64,000 nt of DNA from Octopus bimaculoides (taxonomy: Eukaryota), in contig NC_068999.1 of assembly GCF_001194135.2 (NCBI RefSeq), positions 53,647,254-53,711,253 on the forward strand, written 5' to 3'. This document shows, one piece after another, positions 22,580-36,304 of this stretch. The notes beneath the pieces were generated by a model. The model ran no database searches. It had not been told where the DNA came from and was given only the letters and a program-made list of their open reading frames with translations. Position 1 is the stretch's first letter. Every line of letters starts with the position of its first letter. The translations under genes were made by a program, and so were the position numbers.

Positions 22580-23039
22580 TTATATTAATTTATTATATAT
22601 ATAATCATGGATTTAATGTCCACTTTTCCAGGATTGCATATGTTGGACAGAGTTTATTGAGGCAGATTTTCTAGAACCAGATGCCCTTCCTGTCACAAAC
22701 CCTCACCTGCTTCTAAGCAAGGTAATATTTCCCTGTGACCAGACATATTTCCACACAATTTCAGAAATGAATGACACTGCTTGTATGGCAGTGTATGTAT
22801 ACATGTGTGTGTATATGAGTGTGAGTGTGTATGTATGCTTGTATTCATTTGTTTTGACATTGCATGACAGTTATGAATATGCCACATAACCAGATATAGT
22901 TTCATAAAAGATTGGAAATGAAAGACACCATTTGCGTGATGGTGACACTCAAGAGGTCAATGCAAGGAGACAGTCACACATACACATACACACAATTGAA
23001 CCTATGCTGCTGACAGATGAAAGAATACCACCAGAATTG

Positions 23040-23630
23040 AAAAGCAAATTGGTACTTGGCAACAAAGATGCCTTTAAAAACAATCCTGGGCATTAGATGG
23101 CAAGACAAGATCAGAAATGTGGGGGTGCTTCAAAGATCCAATCCCACATACCTCAGTCTTGTCATGCAAGTGCAGAAGAATGCGGATGACAGGGTATGTC
23201 CTATGAAGCTGGGAAATATTCTAGCAAAAAGATCAATGACATGGATATCAACTAGCGGCAAATGTTACCTTCTCGAGTCATGCTGACTTATAAGGGCCAA
23301 TCTCCCAGTTTCCATGGCATATAAATTCCCCACCCAGACGGGGCACCAGCCCATCGTAAGATTACTCATTTTTGCCAGCTGAGTGAACTGGAGCTCAGGA
23401 ATCAATACCACAATCTTATGATCAGGAGTCCAATACCCTAACCACTAAGCCATGTGCCTCCACAACTGATGAGAGAGACCAAAGGGTAGGCCACAGAAAA
23501 TCTAGAGATGCACCTTAAAAGATGACCTGTAGAGCTGTGGCATAAACTGGTTTCAAGCTCCAACCCTTGACAAAGACAGAAAAAGATGGGAGAGCATAGT
23601 GGCCAGTTGTTATGAGGATGGAGAAACCAG
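23040..23630 (+). mobile_element. RTE-like LINE 3' coding remnant interrupted by a SINE
   Basis: LKTILGIRWQDKIRNVGVL at about 23085-23145, and RPKGRPQK...DDL...DRKRWESIV at about 23475-23610. Confidence 0.6.
23255..23464 (-). mobile_element. tRNA-derived SINE (third family)
   Basis: Reverse complement begins GGAGGCACATGGCTTAGTGGTTAGGGTATTGGACTC (tRNA-like A box); related plus copy at about 55260-55420. Confidence 0.6.
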
Positions 23631-24767
23631 ATGATCAGATGATATGGTTTCTTTTGGCTTTTTTGATTTCCATCTACCCAATCCATTCACAAGGCTTCGG
23701 TCCATCAGACACTATAATAGAAGACACCAGCCCAAGGTGCCATGCAGTGGTACTGAACCTGAAACCATATAGTTGGGAAGCAAACTTCTTACTACATAGC
23801 TACAAGTATTTTTGCATTTATGCATTTATAGATTTAGATAACTGTGCCATTTAATCAATACAATGTTTTATTTTAGCTCTGAAATTGCTGTTAGCAATGT
23901 TTAGTCGATGGAGTATGTTTAAAATTTTACATGCACTGGAGATCTAATGAATGACATTTGTTCTTGAAACACATGCATATGCATTCACATACATGCATAT
24001 ATGCACTCAGACTCATATATGCACATACTTGCACTTCAATCAATCACCACAAATATATACACACTCATATAAACAAACATATCTTCATGCAGCCTTAATA
24101 CAATCATTTACACACGCATTGCCATGACCTATCTCCTGGTTTCAAGAGGTCAGTGATATGATTGAATATTTATAGAATGACATTGTAGTTTAAGTGTGAA
24201 AGGCTAGATCTGGCTGGTTTGAACATAAAACAGGTTGAATATTTGGGCCAGATATGGCCGGCTTAAATGCTAAAAGGTTATATATCAGCTGTGATAGCGA
24301 CTGATATTTAAGTGTGTGACATTAGAGTACAGAGGTACAGAGTATCTGTGTCATTCAATACTCTCATACACATGCACACATATATGTGCATGCACGCACA
24401 CACACATACACACACACACAAATGCATGTACACATACTTATATGTACACACACATGCACTCTCTCTCTCTTACACACACACACACATTATGGATAAAGTG
24501 TTTCACTTTTGAAGTTCACATTAAATATGAGAAAATTGGGTGATTTGATGACAGTTTGAATGAGTTCAGACATCCTGTTATAAGAGTGGGATGCATGCTG
24601 TACGGTGGTGGAGATGGTAGTGTGGTGGGTGAGTGGCAGGGGAAGGAGCATTACTATGGGACAAGGGACACACTACCTTACCCCATTTCTCAATGATGTC
24701 AGATGGTCAAGAAATGAATATTATTATTATTATTAATATCTTCACTATTAGTTTATGTAATCCATAA

Positions 24768-24980
24768 GGCGGTGAGCTGGCAGAATTGGGAACAGACGGG
24801 GCATAATGCTTAGTGGCATTTTATCCGTCTTTATGTTCTGAGTTAAAATTCTGTCATGGTTGACCTGGCCTTTCATCCTTTCAGGGTTGATAAAATAAGT
24901 ACCAGTTGAGCACTGGAATTGATGTAATTGACTTATCGCTTACCCAGAATTTGCTGGCCTTGTGTCAAAGTTTGAAATCA
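24768..24980 (+). mobile_element. SINE family B, near full length
   Basis: GGCGGTGAGCTGGCAGAATTGG (A box) ... GAGTTAAAATTC (B-box-like) ... CCTTTCATCCTTTCAGGGTTGATAAAATAAGTACCAG. Confidence 0.8.
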
Positions 24981-25362
24981 ATATAATCAATAATAATATT
25001 TATCTTTTATGTTTCTGGTCTTTCTTTCATCTTTCTATTTAGCAACATTGAATGTTTATATCTAAGTCTCTGCACGCATGTGTGTGTGTGTGTGTGTTGG
25101 TGCTGGTGTAGTGTTATAGTTACAGGTATGGCTGTGTGGTTGATAAGTTTACTTCCCAACCACATGGTTTCAGGTTCACTCCCTCTACTATAGCTGCAGG
25201 CCATCCAAAATCTTTTGAGTGGATTTAATTTATGGAAACTGAAAGAAACTCACCATATATGTATATATCATCATCATCATTATTTAATGTCCAATATTTC
25301 CAAGCTTGCATATGTACTTATGTACATATATACATATATGTACTTATGTATATATATGTATA

Positions 25363-25417
<55 letters not shown>

Positions 25418-25575
25418 GTTTGTATANNNNNNNNNNNNNNNNNNNNNNNNNNNNNNNNNNNNNNNNNNNNNNNNNNNNNNNNNNNNNNNNNNNNNNNNNN
25501 NNNNNNNNNNNNNNNNNNNNNNNNNNNNNNNNNNNNNNNNNNNNNNNNNNNNNNNNNNNNNNNNNNNNNNNNNNN

Positions 25576-25608
<33 letters not shown>

Positions 25609-26700
25609 TATACATGCACACACAAAGATATATATATATATAATTACATATTTAATGAATACGAGTGTGACTTAGGTCCTCAAGCCATCTTACAAAGCAA
25701 TGATTTTCAAAATGAACTGACCCAGACTGTGGTGACCTGTCTAACCCATACCAGCATACAAAGGAGATTTAAAATAATGATGACAATGATGATGGTGAAG
25801 TAATATATGCGTGTAAATGCATGTATGTATCAACACATTCACACATACATACACATATGTATGTGTACAAGCATACACATACTTGTACGGGCGCGTGCGC
25901 ACACACATGCTCACATACACACCACATAAAACACATTCTGTCAGTTATCTAACTGTGTCAGCTACTGTAATATCAAATGTGTGTCACTAACCTCTGCTTT
26001 ATTCTGACTTGTGAAATATTCAAATTTACTACATTCATATATTTTACATGTTATGCTCTGTTTATTTTGTTTGGTATTGAAATTTTTAAAGTTTTCAAGG
26101 TTTCAATCATTGCCACAAAATTTACTCTGAAATTTACCGCAAAGACGTGTCTTTGTCTATGGATATATGTATACAATTGCGTGCGCATGTGTGTGTGAGA
26201 GTGAGTGTGTACATCTGTATGTGTGAATATATGTTTGTGCTTATATTTATGTACATGGCTGTAAAAGTATTACAGATTCATAGATTTATAAATATATATG
26301 CTTACATATTTACACATGCACTAAGATATGTTTACACCCCTACATATGCATACATGTGTATATGTTAATGTGTATATGTAATGTGTGTGTGTGCACGCGC
26401 GCATGCGTATGTGTGTGTGTGTGTGTGTTAGGAAACCTGTTTATGTTAATTTTATGAATACATATACTGGTGGTGTGCATATTTGTTTGTCCTGTTGCAA
26501 TCCCAGTGTGTGTATTACACACACATACACACACACATGCATGTATATATGTCTGTATATGTAGTATATGTTTACCATTTCTCTCCAATACTTTTAGCCT
26601 CATCTGGAATGCAGAGAATTTTGAGCATAATTTTTAAATATTTATTATTTACTTTTTTAAAATTCTTCTTGCTTTCTCATCAAAATTGACATTTTAAAAG

Positions 26701-26814
26701 ATAATAATAATGAAGCCGAACTTCAGCCCAAGGACATCCATTTTACAACAGAGTGGAGCTGCAGTCAAGTTAAATCACTATTAAAAACTAGTATTACTAG
26801 CTATGTGTGTCCGA
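26701..26814 (+). CDS. Candidate internal coding exon, 114 nt, phase 1/1 (xNNNEAELQPKDIHFTTEWSCSQVKSLLKTSITSYVCP), product unknown
   Basis: Pyrimidine tract, TTGAC branch-like motif, AG| acceptor; CGA|GTATGT donor; length divisible by 3; only one open frame; unique non-repeat sequence. Confidence 0.35.
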
Positions 26815-27546
26815 GTATGTTGGGGGCAGTACTAATATGAAATATATTGGAAAACAGCCTGCATTAAATAGTTGAGAATATACATAGAGTAAAACAAGAC
26901 AGCAAGCTGGTAGAATCATTGCATATTGGGCGAAATGCTTTGTGGTGCTCTATCTGTTTTACATTCTGAGTTCAAATGCTGCTAAGGTTAACTTTGCCTT
27001 TCATCCTTTCTGGTCCGATAAAATAAGTACCAGTTGAGCATTGGGGTTGATTTATCTCTTTACCCCTTCCCTGAAAATGCTAGTCTTGTACCAAAATGTG
27101 AGCCCAATATACACAGTAAAAGGGGTGAAATCTACACTAACAGTAAAGACACATTAATATATACATACCAAAAAATAGTAATAACAACAATACCAGTTTT
27201 GAGGGGAGGGATTTAGTCGAAGCATTGACACTAGTACATTATCAGTACTTTTATCAGTTCCTGAGGGATGAAAGGCAAAGTTGACCTTGGTAGGATTTGA
27301 ACCCAAAACATGGAAATTTAAGAGAAAATTCTTGATAGGATGCAGCCATAGAAAACATGCTAAATCTGACACTGTCAAATCGTCCAACCCATGCCAGCAT
27401 GGAAAAACAGACATGAATTGATAATGGTAATGATGATGAACCAGATACAATTGTAATTTTACTGTTTGTCTTTGCTAGCAATAATCATGAAAGTGGAGAG
27501 ATTGTAACCTGTTTTCTTGTCATGGTTGCACTACAATGTTTTGATT

Positions 27547-27836
27547 CAGGGGTTCTCAACCAGGGTCCATATAAGATTTTTGGGGGCCCATAGAAATACA
27601 TTTAGGGTCCATGGAAAAAATTTTGCTTTAGATGTATTTATTGCAAGACACAGCTAGGTTTCTTTCTCTAATGTCTTACACAGTTCAACCTAAACAAATT
27701 CATGTATGATGAATAAAATAAGAATTTTGAAAGTATTTATAAAACTAGTTTTTAAAAATCAAATGGTTATGGAGGTCCACCAAAATAAAATAGTATTCAA
27801 TGCACTCCATAGATAAAAAATGGTTGAGAACTACTG
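27547..27836 (+). mobile_element. hAT-family MITE
   Basis: TIRs CAGGGGTTCTCAACC / GGTTGAGAACTACTG; same family as 48103-48517 and 61633-61874; TSD not preserved. Confidence 0.75.
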
Positions 27837-28035
27837 CTTTAAACTAAATGTTTTAAACTTTATTATAATTCTATCCTTTTATATTCTGAGTTCAAATCCT
27901 CCTTCAGTCTATGTTTTTCCCTTTCATTCCATCGAGAGTCAATTAAAAAGTATCGATCATGTATTGCATATATTGGGGCCTGTTCAGTTGATTAATTTTC
28001 TCTTTTACAAATATCTGACTTTGTATCAAAGTGAA

Positions 28036-28078
<43 letters not shown>

Positions 28079-30599
28079 GTCTTGTTTTAAAACAAAATCC
28101 TGAGTTGAATAGAAATTTCCAATTAATTCTAGTTTTGTCCAAATATACTGTTTGGTTGGAACTCTCCCTCACTCCACTCCAACCATGACCTACCCTCCCA
28201 ACTTGGCCCTCTTTGGTGCCAACTTGTTTATTGCTTTCTTCAGTTCTAAATATATTTTGGCAAAACCAACAATCAATATTGTACAACCTCTGATGTTGGC
28301 TTACAGGTTGTACTGGCAAGATGGTTCCTGCAGACTTGTTGTGTCCACAACAGCAGCAGCAGTAGTAGTGTTTGTTATTGTAACTGTTGACTAAACTCAA
28401 CCATTTCTATTTAAATAGAACTATAATACAGAAACAGACATAATAAAGGGAACTTAGCTGGTGTGTAACAGTTTCAAATCCTTGTTACATTTTTAGAAAC
28501 CCCAAAATTTCCTCATAGATGGATGGAACAATCAGTGATTTGAAACCAGACTGGAGGTTATCATACGTAACCTCCAGTTTTAAAGTTCATGTCATCACCA
28601 TCATCATTATTTTAACATCCACTTTTCCATACTGACATGAGTCAGAGGCAATTTGCTGAGATGGATGTTCTATGGCTGGATGCTCTTTCTGTTACCAACC
28701 CTCAAATGTTTCCAAAGAAGGAGATATTTCCCCATGACCAGACATACTTTCATGGAAGATTGGAAATGAAGTATGCCGCTTGCATGATGATGACACTTGC
28801 TTACAACTATCCTGCCATACCAAGGCAGGGAGACAGTAACATGCACATACACACCTATATACATGTGCACATGCCACACACACAACAGGATTCTTTCAGT
28901 TTCCATCTACCAATTCCACTCACAAGGCTTTGGTCAACTTGAGGCCATGGTTGAAAACACTTACCCAAGTTGTCATCTAGTGGGATTGAACTCAAGACTA
29001 TATCATTAGGAAGCAACCTTCTCAACCACACATCCTTGTCTGTACCTGTTTATGGCAACAGATGTTTGTCAGGTCTTAAAATTAAAATTTTCCTCCACAA
29101 CAATTTTTAAGCAGGAAGTGGTTTTCAATTTTCAATTTTCAATTGGCATTATGATACTTAAGGCAATGGCATTGGATAGAATAAAAGTGCTGGACATAGT
29201 TGTGTCCCTTTACAGTATGTGTTTAAATCTCACCAGTGTCCACTTTGCCTTTTATCCTTCCACATTCAATGAAATAAAAAATACCAGTCAAGTACAGGTG
29301 CGTGTGTGTGTGTGCACACATCTTTGAGTTTGTGGCTGTTCTCCACCATTGCTTGGTAACTGGTGTTGGTGTGTTTATGTCCCCTGTAACTTAGCTGTTC
29401 AACAAAAGATACTGGTAGAATAAGAACCAGGCTTGATAAAATCTTCAAAATAAGTACTGGGGTCAATTTGTTTGACTAAAATTCTTCGGGACAATACCCC
29501 AGCTTGGCTACGGTCTAATGACTGAAACAAGTAAAAGAATTAAAGAATATATTTCAAGATTTAAAATATTTTCAAAGGTAATTAACACCAAATCTTAACC
29601 TAGCATGTATCTTGAAATGAAGGTCATGGGTTTTTTTTTCTTTCTTTTTCGGTTTTATCAAAGCTTCTAAGACTTCTTAAAGTTTAACACTACATTTTTT
29701 TTTAAAGTTTAATAAGGAAATTATTTATTTCATGTTCAAATATCAAATTTCGTTGATGGTGCTGATAAGAAGGATGTAGAAGAAGAGGCGAGAAAAGATG
29801 ATGAAAATAAGGTTAAGGATAAAGGTGATGACAATTATAATGACAACAATGGTGATGATAACGATGATGCATCGTGCATGAGTATCGCTCTGTTTTAAGG
29901 TTTAACATTTTCTAAAATGTTCTTAAAGGTTAAAGACAGCTGTTTTATGGTTTAACACACAGCAGTTTTTAAGAAGGAACTTTATTGATGTAGATTTTAT
30001 AGTTGCAATTATGTAGTCATTTTAGTTAGATAATTTTTTTAAAATTATTAAAGTACATACACACACACATGCACATGCAAATATAAGTGTTTATGTGCAT
30101 ATGTGTTTGTATATGTATATATATATGTGTATGTGTATATATATATATATATATTATATAAAAGAGTTCCAACTCTGTCTGTTTTTTATGTTTTATTTAT
30201 ATTCTTATAAAATTAATGTGGGATATAGAATATGGGATATATAATATAAATAGTAAAATGAAATGAAGTATTGAATGTCTTCTTGAATAAATGAAGTATT
30301 GAGCATTAAATATATATAAAAGGACTAGTATACTTTCCTGCTTAATAGCAGTCATCAAGGTCCCATTTTCTATTTTTCTATTTGCTAAACTCCACTTGCG
30401 AAGACCTGTTGAGGCAAGCGAAATCGAAATAGTAATGACTGGTAGGAATGAAAAGTATATTGGACTTCATATATCCGTACCCCAGCCATCACTTTGATCG
30501 TGCTGTTCCCTCACTCGATAATGACATCATAAGAATGGCAATCTTTCAGGATTATTAGAGTATTGAAAAAAATGCCTGATCGCCTTTGTTTCAGGTGTT

Positions 30600-31250
30600 G
30601 GGGGTCAATGGAATCAACTAATCTCCTTCCTCTCAGAATTTCTGGTTTTATGCCTAAATCAGAAGGCAAAGGTGGTGAACTCAGAGAATCGGCATTAAAG
30701 CATTGCTTCTTTCTGGTTCTTTACTTTCTGGGTTCAATTGCTGCAAGGGTCAACTTTTGCTTTCATCCTTTCAAGGTCCATAAAATATAGTACCAGTCAT
30801 GGACTGTGGTTCATGATAGTGACTCATCCCCTCCCCTCAAAGTTGCTGGTTTTGTACCCAAATCAGAAACCATTATTGTTTGTGTTGTTTAGGTGGCAGG
30901 CTGGTAGAATCGTTTAGTGAGTTGGACAAAATGCTTAGCAGAATTTCTTCCATGTCTTTATGGTCTGGGTTCAAACTCTGCTGAGGTCAGCTTTGCTTTT
31001 TATCCTTTCAGGGTTGATAAAATAAGTATCATTTAAACACTGGAGTCAATGTAATCAACTTACCCGCTCCCCATAATATTCGTTGGTCTTGCACCGAAAT
31101 TTGAAACTGTTGTCATTGATTTTGTTTGTCTTTCATCCTTTCGGGGTCAATACAATGAGAACCAGTGGAGCAGTGGGGTGAAGCAATCACCGTATTCACT
31201 CCCACCAAAATTTGCTGGTCTTGTGTCAAACATTGAAACCATAATTGTTG
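30600..31250 (+). mobile_element. Tandem cluster of about four SINE family B copies or fragments
   Basis: Repeated CTTTCATCCTTT...GATAAAATAAGTACCAG...GCTGGTCTTGT...GAAAC units at about 30600, 30670, 30890 and 31125. Confidence 0.7.
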
Positions 31251-31689
31251 TTGTTTAGCTGCACATTTGACCCTGAATGCTCAGACCTAGGACCGAAGCC
31301 CTTCCAATGATGACTGCTCCATTTTTTATATTTCCCCCCCTTCCAGTCTATGTGAGGTATCTGTTCTGCAGATGACCTGTTGTGTTATTTCCTACTGAGG
31401 TAATGCAGAATTAATTGTGCTGCAGTGTAGATGACCTCCTGACATCTGACCTGATGATAGTCAATACTAAATCGACTCAGTTGCTTTATTTCAACAGTGA
31501 TCATATTGGTCATAGTGTTGTTGTTGTTCTTGTTGCTGTTTAGCCTTAGATCAAACCTAATCAAGTTGAACCTATGATCAAAGACGTTCCGCCCATGACC
31601 ATCTTGTCATTTTTACGTTGCTTAATGTATTATTTCTGTTTTTAAAACAGCTGGGTACAGTTTGACAGGTCATGACGAGGATTCTGTTG

Positions 31690-32435
31690 TCTTGTGATAG
31701 GGGTGATGGTTGTGGTGGTGGTGGTGGTGGTGGTGATGATAGGGGTGGTAGTAGTTAGGAGTATTGTGTGTTGTAATGGTAGTTTTAATGACGACAGTGG
31801 TTGTGGTGGCGGCAGCAGTGGTGGTGGTAGTAGTGGTGCACCATGAGCGTAGTGAAGAAGATGTGTTCATTTAGAAAGTCAAAGCAGGTCACCACTTTAG
31901 CAAGGCATGATGGCAAGTCAATAATGCAGTGCTGTTATTGTTACAATGTAAGAAAACAATGACGATGATGATGATGATGATGGTGATGGTGGTGATGTAA
32001 CTCTGTTAGGTGCCAAAATAACCATAACTGCAACCACTACTACCACCATTAATCACTACCATCACCATCGTCACTAGTCATCATCATCATTCTTACATTC
32101 ACCACCACTGCTGCTGCTGTCACCACCACCACCACCACCACCACCACTCTCACTACAACCAACACCATAATCACTACCACCATTATCAACACTGCCATCA
32201 CCATCCTCGGAACCATTACCCAACACTTACTACCACCTCCGCAATCATCATAATTGCTACCATCATTACCTACACCACCACTACCACCACCACTACCACC
32301 ACTGTCACCAACATCATTAACATTGCCATCACCACTATCACTGTAACTAGCATCATCATCACCACCACCATCACTATCATTACCAACAATCGTCACGGTT
32401 GTCACAAATGTACACACCACCATACCTACTACCAT
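31690..32435. repeat. (GGT/GAT)n and (ACC/ATC/ACT)n triplet mosaics
   Basis: Low-complexity triplet tracts; similar tracts at 10190-10880, 15800-16440, 33140-33500, 49360-49500 and 59540-59680. Confidence 0.9.
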
Positions 32436-33669
32436 CCCCTGAAGGGAGCTTTGATGTAGCCGCCCGACATGCTAGAAACAGCAGTCAAATCCCCTCCACC
32501 CTCGAAACACACCTTATAGAAAGTAGGATACATTATATAATGTGGTCATAGACATGCTGTGCTAGAGGAAAAGATAGAATGGTTGAGGCTGAAACAAATG
32601 CCTTTGAACGTAGGACTGTCTATTTAATCAGGTCTGAGCTGGGAATAAACAACCTATATCAGTAGAGCTAATATTTGTAATGGTTGTCATTCAGAATTTT
32701 AGCTCACAGACACATATATAGATTGAAGAGTATTTCTTAACCCCTATTTTTTTTTTCTATATATCTTTCTCTTTCCACCTTTACCAGTTTACCCCAGATG
32801 ACAAGTAAAAACTATTTATTGCATAACATTAACAACCTTATATTAATTTTACCATTAGCATCCTTAAAAATCGAGATTAAAGAAAATAAAATCCAGAAAA
32901 AAATGAGGATAATGTTGATGAATTTTTCAGCTTAAAACAATTTTTCCCATCGGAATTCCCCTAATTTCCTTCTGGTTAAGAATTGCAAGAATGGTCTGTT
33001 CGAAGATTGTCACACCAGTGTTACACTCTTCACTGAGGTATCTCAACTAAAGATAGGCTATTTTAACACATTATTGTACTAGCTCTCTCCCTCACTTTTT
33101 CTCTCTCTCTCTTTCTCTCTTTCTTATGCACAAATACACAAATGCACACAAGCATCAACATTACTCCCAGCATGACCAACAGAACACCACCAACACCACC
33201 ACAACCAAAGTCAATACCAATATCACCACCGGTACTATCAATACTGCAACCACTACCAACAACACCTCCACCATCACCACTACCTCCTCTGCTATCACCC
33301 CCACCACCACTGACTTCACCACCACCACCACCAATATTATAACTGCTGTTTCTACTGTTGGTGTTACTCATACCAAAAAGCCAACAGTAACCACTACCGT
33401 CACAGTCGCCGTTGTCAGTCTTGACCATCACCACCACTACCATCACCCCTACAATCACAACAAACACCACCTACACCACCGCCAATGCCATTTTGCCATC
33501 ACTATTATAAACCATTTACTCACATGTGAGTTTGAACACTATATATGTGTGTGCATACACACACATATATTTAGAGAGAGAGATAATATCTATATAATCA
33601 ATATATAGAATAGATTGATAGATACATAGAGAGAGAGAGAGGGGGTAGAAGAGAGATATCTATATAATC

Positions 33670-33702
<33 letters not shown>

Positions 33703-33899
33703 GGGGGGACAGAGACAAGCAGGCAGACAGGCAGAGACTTGGGACGAGAAAGATGCGGTGCAAGTGGGAAGAGATAAACTGATTGACAGAGAAACTGATA
33801 GAAAGAGTGGGAGGTTGTGAGAGACAAAGAGAAACTAAGAGAGACGAAGGGAGAGAAAGAGTGAAAGAAAGAGATTGAGTGAGAGAGTAAGTGTGAGTT

Positions 33900-34217
33900 T
33901 CATTCAGTGGCTGAGACAGCCATTTGTATGATTCGGCTCGCTTATGTAACACGGCGAGCTGAATTCAAACGAAAATTTCTCTATCAGCGTCACCTAAGAA
34001 GAAACAAACGAATTAGATACCCACTGACCGAAAGTGACATCACTATTTTACTGAGAATTAAGGAGTATTACTGGCAGAGAAGTGGACAAACTGAGAAGAC
34101 GAAAGAGAAAGAGACAGTTGTTGCTCGTTTAGTTACGTCGTCGGACAAGAGCAGACGACACAACACAGCACACACGCACGCACGCGCACGCGCGGACACA
34201 CTCACAATGATTGTCAG
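33900..34217 (+). promoter_or_regulatory. Putative TSS and first exon of an unidentified plus-strand transcript
   Basis: GA-rich upstream tract; TCATTC/TCAGT Inr-like motifs at 33900-33908; CpG-rich; ends ATG ATT GTC AG|GTAAGC (donor at 34217/34218). Confidence 0.5.
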
Positions 34218-34466
34218 GTAAGCACCTTGTATTTACACGCTTTAAACATATTGGAGATGTATAAACATATAGTGGGGACACGCACACACACACACACACA
34301 TACATACATATATATATACACACACACACATACAGAAATATATACGCATGCAGGTTATTTTTATATGCTGGCCACTGATAAAATTCATCAATTTTAATGA
34401 TTTTATCCTTTAGTCATGTTTATATATATATAAATATATATATGTGTGTGTGTGTATATATATATG

Positions 34467-34499
<33 letters not shown>

Positions 34500-34504
34500 G
34501 TATG

Positions 34505-34553
<49 letters not shown>

Positions 34554-35159
34554 ATCCACACATATATGCATATATATGTATAGATATATATATATCCACA
34601 CATATATATGCATATATAAATATACCCACACACCTATACATACACAGACACACGCACATATGTAATGTATGTATGTATGTATGTGTGTGTGTGTGTGTGT
34701 GTATGTATGTACACAGTCACATATACGAGACAGAATAGCGTGTGGTGTCAGGTAGAACAGTTTGGTTTTGGGCCTTCGATTTGGTGAATTGCTTCTCAGC
34801 CGCTTTATAGACTAATCGAAAATAGAAAAATATTATTTATTACCTTTTAGATAAGTTGTTCTCGTCTTTCATTTACGCATCTGTGAATATACACACATCA
34901 GATTTATACATTCTCACGGGGAAGCCTGTGCGTCAGGCCTAAGGGGGACGAACGGGACCCGCAGTCTTATAATTATATAAACGTTATAACTTTGCAAAAA
35001 TTTTATAATATAATGTTTAGATCTGTTCTGTCAGTTTGAATAATTTTGTTTCATACTTCCTTATTTACTGACACCTTAATTAAATGTTAATGATTTACAT
35101 CATGTAACAACGTATGTTGTAATATGTATGGTATATTGCGTGGCACACCTACACGTGTG

Positions 35160-35838
35160 CTCCCCACCGACTTTGTTTCTTCATAACCTCCAGAAAAATC
35201 GGTATTTTTTAATGAAATTGTCTACAGATACGCTTTACATGGTGTGGATTCCGATTATATCGGAATTTGTTGTGGAAAAAAAAAATCCGTGGTTGGAGAG
35301 AGGAGTTTCGGGAAATTCACACGAGTCGACTTTGTTTCCTCATAACTTTCAGAAAAATTGAGATTTCTAAACGAAATTTTCTCTAAATATCCTTCAGAGT
35401 GTGTAGATTACGATTATATCGGAATTTAATAATGATAAAAGAAAAAATTTGGTGGGCTCGCACACATACTTATAGCTCCAAAGTGAACCTTGAAATTTCG
35501 TAAAAAATTGTGATATGTGTCAGTATGTGTGCGTACTGATAATTTTTCTTTTCACATCAAATTTCAATATAATTGTAATTTACACAGTGAAAGGTAAATG
35601 TAAAAATTCCATTTAAAAATATCAATTTTTTTCTGAAAGTTATGAGAACACAAAGCCAATTAGTGTGAAATTTCTGACACCCCCACCACCACTACCAGCA
35701 CATACACACACACGGAATTTTTTTTCCCTACAAATTCCAATATGATCAGAAACTACACCATCTGAAGAGTATTTGTCGAAAATTTCATGGAAAATAATCC
35801 ATCTTTATGTAACTTATGAGGAAACAAAGTCAGGGGGA
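35160..35838. mobile_element. Foldback-type palindromic DNA element with internally repeated arms
   Basis: Two direct ~160-bp units (GACTTTGTTTC.TCATAAC... at 35168 and 35327) mirrored by two inverted units (ending about 35657 and 35831); arms converge on a ~47-bp spacer (35472-35518). Confidence 0.75.
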
Positions 35839-36263
35839 ACAATGTCTATTGTGTAATGGCATATGATGTGAAATTATTATTAAAGTGGTGCATGGACCAA
35901 ATTATGATGAGCAATGTCTCATAAGACCAGCTGTGGAAGAAGATTGTCCGTATCTACGTGGTGGCACGAAATGTTTCCAACAGCAGCCAAATCTCACTCA
36001 AATCACATCATAGCGTCTTGAAAGAGGAAGGGACGCATTAGATAATGTAACACCTCTTACAGGCTACTCATTAAAAAAAAAAACTGGATGGTCACGGCTG
36101 GAATGACGTTGATCATAGGTCTGCTCTGACAGGACTGATCTAGGGCTAATCAACAACATTATTGAAGGCGTGTATATGTGAGACACACACGTCCACCCAC
36201 CTCTCTCTACACACACAAACATTCATATCTATTATGTGTGTGTATGTCTTGTAAGTGTATGTA

Positions 36264-36304
<41 letters not shown>

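Noticed and set aside
30440-30560. CpG-containing short frame MKSILDFIYPYPSHHFDRAVPSLDNDIIRMAIFQDY*
   Set aside because: No pyrimidine tract at the acceptor; directly follows an RTE-associated repeat motif
31347-31410. Strong-looking splice sites and a weak hairpin / snoRNA-like boxes
   Set aside because: Stops in all three frames; stem short and irregular; no properly spaced C and D boxes with a terminal stem
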